Assembly: GCA_951406725.2 (NCBI GenBank)
Contig: OX597836.1
Coordinates: 6,882,001 to 6,946,000, forward strand
Direction of reading: 5' to 3'
DNA: 64,000 nucleotides
Source of the DNA: Octopus vulgaris
Taxonomy: Eukaryota
The notes beneath the pieces are model-generated. The model saw nothing but the letters and a program-made list of their open reading frames with translations, was not told the origin of the DNA and did no database searches. This document shows positions 58,017 through 64,000 of the stretch, piece by piece. Positions within the stretch are counted from its first letter, which is position 1, and the number at the start of each line of letters is the position of its first letter. A program made the translations under genes and the position numbers.

Positions 58017-58775
58017 GGATAGATAGGTAGGTAGACACGTCCACATTTATATGAGGAGTTTTTGCATAATCTACATACATTTAAACACTCACATACAAAC
58101 GCACACACAAACACAATACGCAAACCCAAATTCTGTTAGGATTCACAATACAGTGTGTACGAGGGTAGATACAATGCTAAGGGTCAGATCAGGGTAATAT
58201 CATTATATAGGGACACCTACTTACAGGTAAATGGGTATCACTGCTCATTTTCTGAACATTAAAATACTCTCAAATATAATATCCAATTGTTGGTAAAACC
58301 GAAGCAAAGCGCCACCTGGTTCACGCATCATCCCCCATTCGCTGTTCGTTGCTTCATTTGACCAGAACATACGCAGACGACATTACTTCAAGATTCTTCT
58401 TTCCTCTTTTTTTGTTTTTCTTTTTTAACTTTTTCTTGTTCTTTTCCTTTTCGGGTGGCCTCCATTTCCTCCTCCTTTTCCTTCTTCTCCAGCATTTTTT
58501 TTTCTTATTTTTCCTTTTTCTTTCTTCTTCTTCTTCAACTCTTTCATTTTCTTTCTTTCTTTCTTCTCCGCCTTCTTTTTCCTTCTTTTCTTCTTTCTTC
58601 CGTTCCACTTCTTTTTTCTCTTTATCTGGCCCTTCCTTTCCTTCATTTTCTTGTTGTTGTTGTTGTTGTTGTTGTTGTTATTGTCGTTCTTCTTCTCCTT
58701 CTTCTTCTCCTCCTCCTCCGATTTTTATAAGAATGATAATTATGAAGAGGATTATCATCATCATCATAATCATCG

Positions 58776-58820
<45 letters not shown>

Positions 58821-59100
58821 CAAAGAGGGATGAACCAATGCTTGGGTAAGTGAACAGGAACAAGGGTTAAGAATTTATTCAGAGGGGATAAATATGGCGT
58901 CGTTTCTTTATGGCAGCTGTGTACAACGTCGCAATCAAATTAACAGATCGGTGGATTCTAACCAAAATACCCGAAACTAAAATAAAGTTAAACCGGATGG
59001 AGGCGTTGTTTCGTCCCCTAACCACGTCTCACTGAACTTCCGTTTGTGATTAGTTTTATATTTTTATGTCTTCACCACCAGGACATTTTTATCGTACCTA

Positions 59101-59370
59101 ATTCAGCCCTAAATCACCTCACGTTATTCCAGGTACCATAGTCCCCTGCAGCACAGAACAGCTCACCACAGCCCACATTCGAACGCCTCAGACCGCCTTA
59201 ATTCACTCCAAGAAACCTCAATCCACAGCAGCCAGCCTCAATCCATTGTAGCCTACCTCATCCAACGCAACTCAGCCCACAAAATCCCATCCTAGCCCTC
59301 TACAGTCAAACTCAGACCGATTCAGGTTACCCCAGCTCACTTCAGCTCATCCATCGCATCCCGCAACCTC
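59101..59370. repeat. Degenerate pentamer array (CAGCY/CCTCA; minus strand GAGCT/GGGCT/GGGGT/GAGGT)
   Basis: Apparent 5-nt periodicity: cagca cagaa cagct cacca cagcc cacat..cgcct cagac cgcct..aacct caatc. Confidence 0.6.
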
Positions 59371-60057
59371 GACCAAACTCAAAAGGTTAACAGAGGAAAT
59401 GGAAGATGTTTATGTGCAGACCCTTCTGTAGCTCCAAGTGCTATGCATACAAAATTACCTGCCAGTGCCATGGTTTTAGGGTTTGTCAGCAATGAAGTAC
59501 ATGCGATGCCTCCTTACTTCTTTCCGCAAGGCCTTAGAATTAACTCTGCCGCCTACACTGAGGCCCTGGAAATAATTGTTAAGCCCTGGATAGACAGTGT
59601 AGGCAATGGAAGGCCATATGTGTTTTAGTAAGACCCTGCACTATCACACATGGCTCTACTAATACAGGAAGGGAGGATAGCTGAAAATTTTCATGATCAC
59701 ATAACCCCTAACATTTGGCTTCCTAATTCTCCAGATCTCAATCCATTGGATTATTACATGTGGAGCGTTGTTGAGAGAGAGGTCAATGAACACGCCCATA
59801 ACACCAAAGATTCTTTGAAAGCGGTCATAGTCAGAGTAACGTCCAAAATGAACCAGGACCACGTGATCAGAGCACGTAGATGATTTAGATCTCATATAGA
59901 AGCAGTTGTTGAAGCTGAAGGTGGCTTTATTGAATAACATTATAGAAAAGAAGGTTTATTTTTATCCTCAAAGCATTTTTAGATAAATAAATTTATTATC
60001 TGTTATTATATATCTGTTTTTAGAAACATAAATCTGTCCCCAAATATCTTACGCGCC

Positions 60058-60060
<3 letters not shown>
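59371..60060 (+). mobile_element. maT/DD37D-like Tc1-mariner transposon, 5'-truncated pseudogene
   Basis: Single frame 59371-59937: DQTQKVNRGN..MHTKLPASAMVLGFVSNE..YVF**DPALSH..WLPNSPDLNPLDYYMW..IEAVVEAEGGFIE* (38 residues between the last two Ds here); right TIR ends ..gcgccctg + TA. Confidence 0.9.
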
Positions 60061-60093
<33 letters not shown>

Positions 60094-60114
60094 GGAATCA
60101 TATATTTATATAGA

Positions 60115-60435
60115 AAATCTTGTGAGTGGACTTAGTAAGTATAAACTGAAAGGAGTTTCTTGAATGTGTGTGTGTGTGTGTGTGTGTGTGTTCGTGTGCG
60201 TGCATGTGCGTGTATGTGTATGTGTCTACCTATGTGTGTCTGTGTTTGTGCTGGTACCGGACAACTGATTTACACCCGGTGTTGATTTGTTTATGTCCCG
60301 GTATATTAGCGGTTCGGCAAAGGATACTGGCAGGATAAGTGCCTCCTGGCTTATAAGTCGATTTGTTCAACTAAACTTTTCGAGCCGGTGCTCCAGCACG
60401 GCCGCAGCCCAATGACTGAAGCAAGTAAAAGAATA
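60115..60435 (+). mobile_element. SINE family A (5'-truncated), internal (GT)n
   Basis: cttgtgagtgga.ttagta..aaactgaaag; ttagcggttcggcaaa; ggtgctccagca.ggccgcag..aatgactgaa. Confidence 0.8.
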
Positions 60436-61548
60436 ACAGTCTAAAAGAATATATATGAATGCGTGTGTGTGTGTGTGTGCGTGCACGCGTCTGTGTGTGT
60501 GTGTTTCGTGTTTGTGTCCCTCAGTAGGTACGTGGTTTATGGGTGTATGTGCGGATTCGTGTGTGTGTGTGTTTGTATGTATGTAGGTTTGTGAGAGTGT
60601 GTGATTTACTTTATCTGTATGTATATAATTGTATATGTGCATATACATGTATTTTCGGACGCGTGTATCCTTATCAGAGACCATGTTTTGTTTCTTCCGT
60701 ATGCATGCATGGTTGTGCATTCACGCGAATGTATATACATGCAAGCATGCATGTGTAAATAAATAAATAAATAAATAAATAAATAGATAAATGTATAGCA
60801 TTTTAACAAGCAAAAAAAGAAAGAAAAACAACAAAAAAGTAAAAAAAAAAAAACGGAACAACAAGATAATATTATACATAAATTTCGTATTAAGATCAAT
60901 ATTGATAAAGAAAAACATAGAAAGTAAATTTGGCGGTGGCGGGTGGGGGGGAAGGCACGGGCAAAACGATAATCTCAAATGGACAAAAATAAATAAACAG
61001 ACAAAGAAAGACAGAAAGAAAAAGAAAAGATACGAAGATGCGAAGGAAACAGAGCGAAAGATAAGCAGAGAGAAAATGGACGAAATGTTAACGCTACGAA
61101 ACAAAATGGCGGTTTACATCTTATTTTTAAACGGAGGATAAATATAAAGTGAGAAATTCCATAAAATGGAATCTCTGGAGATTTGTTGCTGAAAATTAGA
61201 TGCCGGTTATTTCTGTTAATTTAAAAGGATATTGCGGCTTAGAAATTCCAGGGTGTTATATTTTTTATTTATATTTTGCCGTATTTCTTATTATATTTTT
61301 TTGGTATTTTTGTATTTTTTGTTATTTCACTTGGCTTGTTGGTTCTTTTATTCGTTTATTTGTTTCTGTATTTGTTTATTTATCGGAGCATTTAAAGCAT
61401 CGCTTCACAGACAAGAATTTATCACACAGCCTGATAAATTCGATATGTTATACCATTTGACGTCTAATAAAATATAGCTTCTCCGACTAAATATCTGGGG
61501 TACAGTTAGGATTGTGTGTTGTTATACACACTAGGTAAAAAGATGGAC

Positions 61549-61601
<53 letters not shown>

Positions 61602-61623
61602 CATACATACATACATACATACA

Positions 61624-61655
<32 letters not shown>

Positions 61656-62435
61656 CATACATACATACATATATAGGTAGACAGACAGACAAACAGGCGG
61701 ACAGACAGATAAATTGGCGGATGGATGGATGGATGGATAGTTAGATCGTATTAGGAGGCGGAGATGGAGAAGAAGAAGAAGAAGAAGAAGAAGAAGAAGA
61801 AGAAGAAGAAGAAGAAGAAGAAGAAGAAGAAGAAGAAGAAGAAGAAGAAGAAGAAGAAGAAGAAGAAGAAGAAGAAGAATGAAAGAAAGACGAGGAGATG
61901 AAAATGCAAACCAAACTAGATTTCTCTCTCCCGCTTTCTCTCTCTCCTCCCCTCTCTCTCTCTCACTCACTCCCCCTCCCCCTTTCTCTATTTCTCTCTA
62001 CGTCTTTCTAATATCATAAATATTTACTCCTTGATATTCGATTACGTTCATCAGTGTCCGGCATATCTCCGTTCTCTGCCGATTTGCACCGATTTTTCTT
62101 ATTAGGCAGGACACACCTACGGACATGTTGTTTCGAGATCGTTCCAGCTCATCAGTCAAACGCTCTCTCCATATATACACACACACACACCACCACCACC
62201 ATCCCCACCACCACCACCACTGGCACTACCACACGCATACCTATCTATATAATATAACGTATTATAGCATCATATATTATGCATGCGTATACATTCAGAG
62301 ATGTGTACCCAATAAATTTTTACTCTTATCTCAGTATAGGATCAGATCATCAGTAAATGTATCGTTGTCATTCTCAAATTTGCTAATAATAATGTTTTAT
62401 ACATACACACACACACACACAGTCACACACACACG

Positions 62436-62501
<66 letters not shown>

Positions 62502-62514
62502 TGTATGGTTGTGT

Positions 62515-62725
62515 TTCTGTGTTTGTCCCCCCAACATGGTTTGACAAGTGATGCTGGTGTGTTTAGGTCCCCGTAACTTAGCGGTTTGGCAAAAGAGACC
62601 GATAGAATAAGTACTAGGCTTACAAAGAATAAGCCCTGGGGTCGATTTGCTCGACTAAAGGCGGTGCTCCAGCATTGGCCACAGTCAAATGACTGAAACA
62701 AGTAAAATAGCAAAAGAGTAAAAGA
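62515..62725 (+). mobile_element. SINE family A, 3' half
   Basis: Near-consensus match to 37240-37448. Confidence 0.92.
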
Positions 62726-62784
62726 ATATGGGTTTACGAGGCATTAAATGTAGTGAGCCAGAGAGAAGACCTCGTTGGTATGGT

Positions 62785-62990
62785 CTTGTCCGAGTCAGAC
62801 GCCATGATAGATCGTTAGCTACTACACACATTTTTTTTTCTCTCCTTGTTTTTTCTGTGTACCTTTCTGTAGAAGAGCGTAGGCTCGAAACGTAAAATAC
62901 TTTTTCTAATTCCTGAGCGCTATACTAATACATTTGTTTGTTTGTACTCCACCTGCCTTCGTCTTTTGTTTATTTTCGTAAACTTTCCCT
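62785..62990 (+). mobile_element. Penelope-like terminal fragment with hammerhead variant at 62864-62897
   Basis: UUU-CUGUAGA-A-GAGC-GUAG-GCUC-GAAA-CG-UA^AAA; tail ttcctgagcgc.atactaataca.ttgtttg..ccacctgcctt shared with the 48942 copy; ends at (TA)n. Confidence 0.72.
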
Positions 62991-63011
62991 TCATATTATA
63001 TATATATATAT

Positions 63012-63590
63012 ATGGATGACGACAGCTACATCCAGAAGTGTCGATTTCAAATTGCAGAGGATGCATATGGAAGGGGTAGACATGGAGAGATACGGAACGA
63101 AGTGATGAGAAATGATCTTCAGTCGTTGGGCCTCACAGAGGAGATGACAACGGACCGAGACTTCTGACGAAATACTACGCTTGAGAAGAGACGTCAAACT
63201 AAGTAAAACCGTCATCATTCATACATACAGGCATATTCTCTATGGCCCTTTCTCAGCTGTTAGATCTTTCTCTTGTGGACTTGCTGGTACGGGGTCCATG
63301 AAAATCACCTGTGCTGGTGCGTCGCAATAGAGCCCGTACCGGTGCCATGCAAACCCACACGTGCCAGTGCTACGTTAAAAAGCGCCTGAGCTGATGCCAC
63401 GTAAATGAGCCCGTGCCCGTGCCACGTTAAACGCACCCAGTACTCGCTGTAAAGCGGCTGGCGTTAAGAAGGGCATCCAGTCGCAGAAACCATGCAAAAA
63501 CGAACAAATGGAGGATGGGCAGCTGTCGAACCGGCCGACCCATGGAAGCATGAAGAACGGACGTCAAACGATCATCATCATCATCACGAT
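63012..63590 (+). mobile_element. RTE-type LINE 3' end (ORF2 C-terminus plus UTR)
   Basis: MDDDSYIQKCRFQIAEDAYGRGRHGEIRNEVMRNDLQSLGLTEEMTTDRDF*R (decayed GRGRP..W...DL..L....DR..WR motif); UTR with repeated tgccacgt.aa units; ends ggacgtcaaacgatcatcatc. Confidence 0.85.
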
Positions 63591-63776
63591 TTTCATCTAA
63601 GCATCTATTTTTCTCCATACCTGCTAGCTCTGATGAGTACGCGATATTCCGCAACCGTGCGGTTATCTCAAATCCGGTTTGATACCCGGTGAGAAACTGT
63701 AATAGATAAATAATATTGTACACTTTGATCAATACACACACACACACACGAAAAAACGCATGTCTGTGTGTATGGA

Positions 63777-63816
<40 letters not shown>

Positions 63817-64000
63817 TCGTTTCCAAATTTCTGTATCATGGTGCTGTTTTTCTCACTGACGGTACCCAACTGATCCTGCTATACTGTGTAGTCGACAAAC
63901 TAAAGAACGAACAATGCGCATGCACAAAATTAAAAACATAAAATGACAACAGTTTACTGTGTATGTATGTGTGCATATGTATATATATATATATATATAT

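Noticed and set aside
58820-58851. Perfect GTAAGT donor suggesting a micro-exon
   Set aside because: No convincing acceptor; the upstream sequence is (ATT)n repeat, and isolated donors are expected by chance.
61415-61441. 10-bp perfect hairpin gaatttatca/tgataaattc
   Set aside because: AT-rich and short; expected by chance, and too small for a pre-miRNA.
62117-62160. CUGAUGA...GAAAC..GUC on the minus strand
   Set aside because: Neither stem I nor stem II can pair; likely a chance match.
63300-63445. Repeated tgccacgt.aa units with spacers, superficially CRISPR-like
   Set aside because: Short degenerate tandem units in a LINE 3' UTR; eukaryotic context with no cas genes.

Overview
AT-rich eukaryotic non-coding DNA. 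It is saturated with microsatellites (TA, CA, GA, CATA, GATA, GAAA, AAT, ATC, GTT, GGT, GAA) and tRNA-derived SINEs. The repeat content strongly resembles an octopus/coleoid cephalopod genome; this is inferred from repeat style, not checked against a database. I find no intact host protein-coding gene, and almost all ORFs in the track are microsatellite read-throughs. The real coding remnants all come from transposons: a Helitron 5' part, 3' ends of RTE, L1/Tx1 and CR1 LINEs, an internally deleted D34D mariner carrying a nested SINE, a maT/DD37D-like transposase, and mariner and pogo MITEs. The most notable signal is about ten minimal type-I hammerhead-ribozyme (HHR) motifs from several unrelated sequence families. 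Two look essentially intact (19468-19555 and 29001-29044), and five carry shared non-canonical cores (CUGU-H-GA or CCGA-N-GA). Nearly all point through a short U-rich tail into a simple repeat, usually (TA)n. A second recurrent architecture is (TA)n - long fold-back palindrome - short tail, seen four times. Together these suggest a diverse population of (TA)n-associated Penelope-like or retrozyme-like elements. Also noted: a locally templated inverted duplication inserted into a LINE zinc-finger remnant, YY1/Pho-motif-rich unique islands, a double CRE, a candidate non-coding exon, and a switch-region-like pentamer tract.
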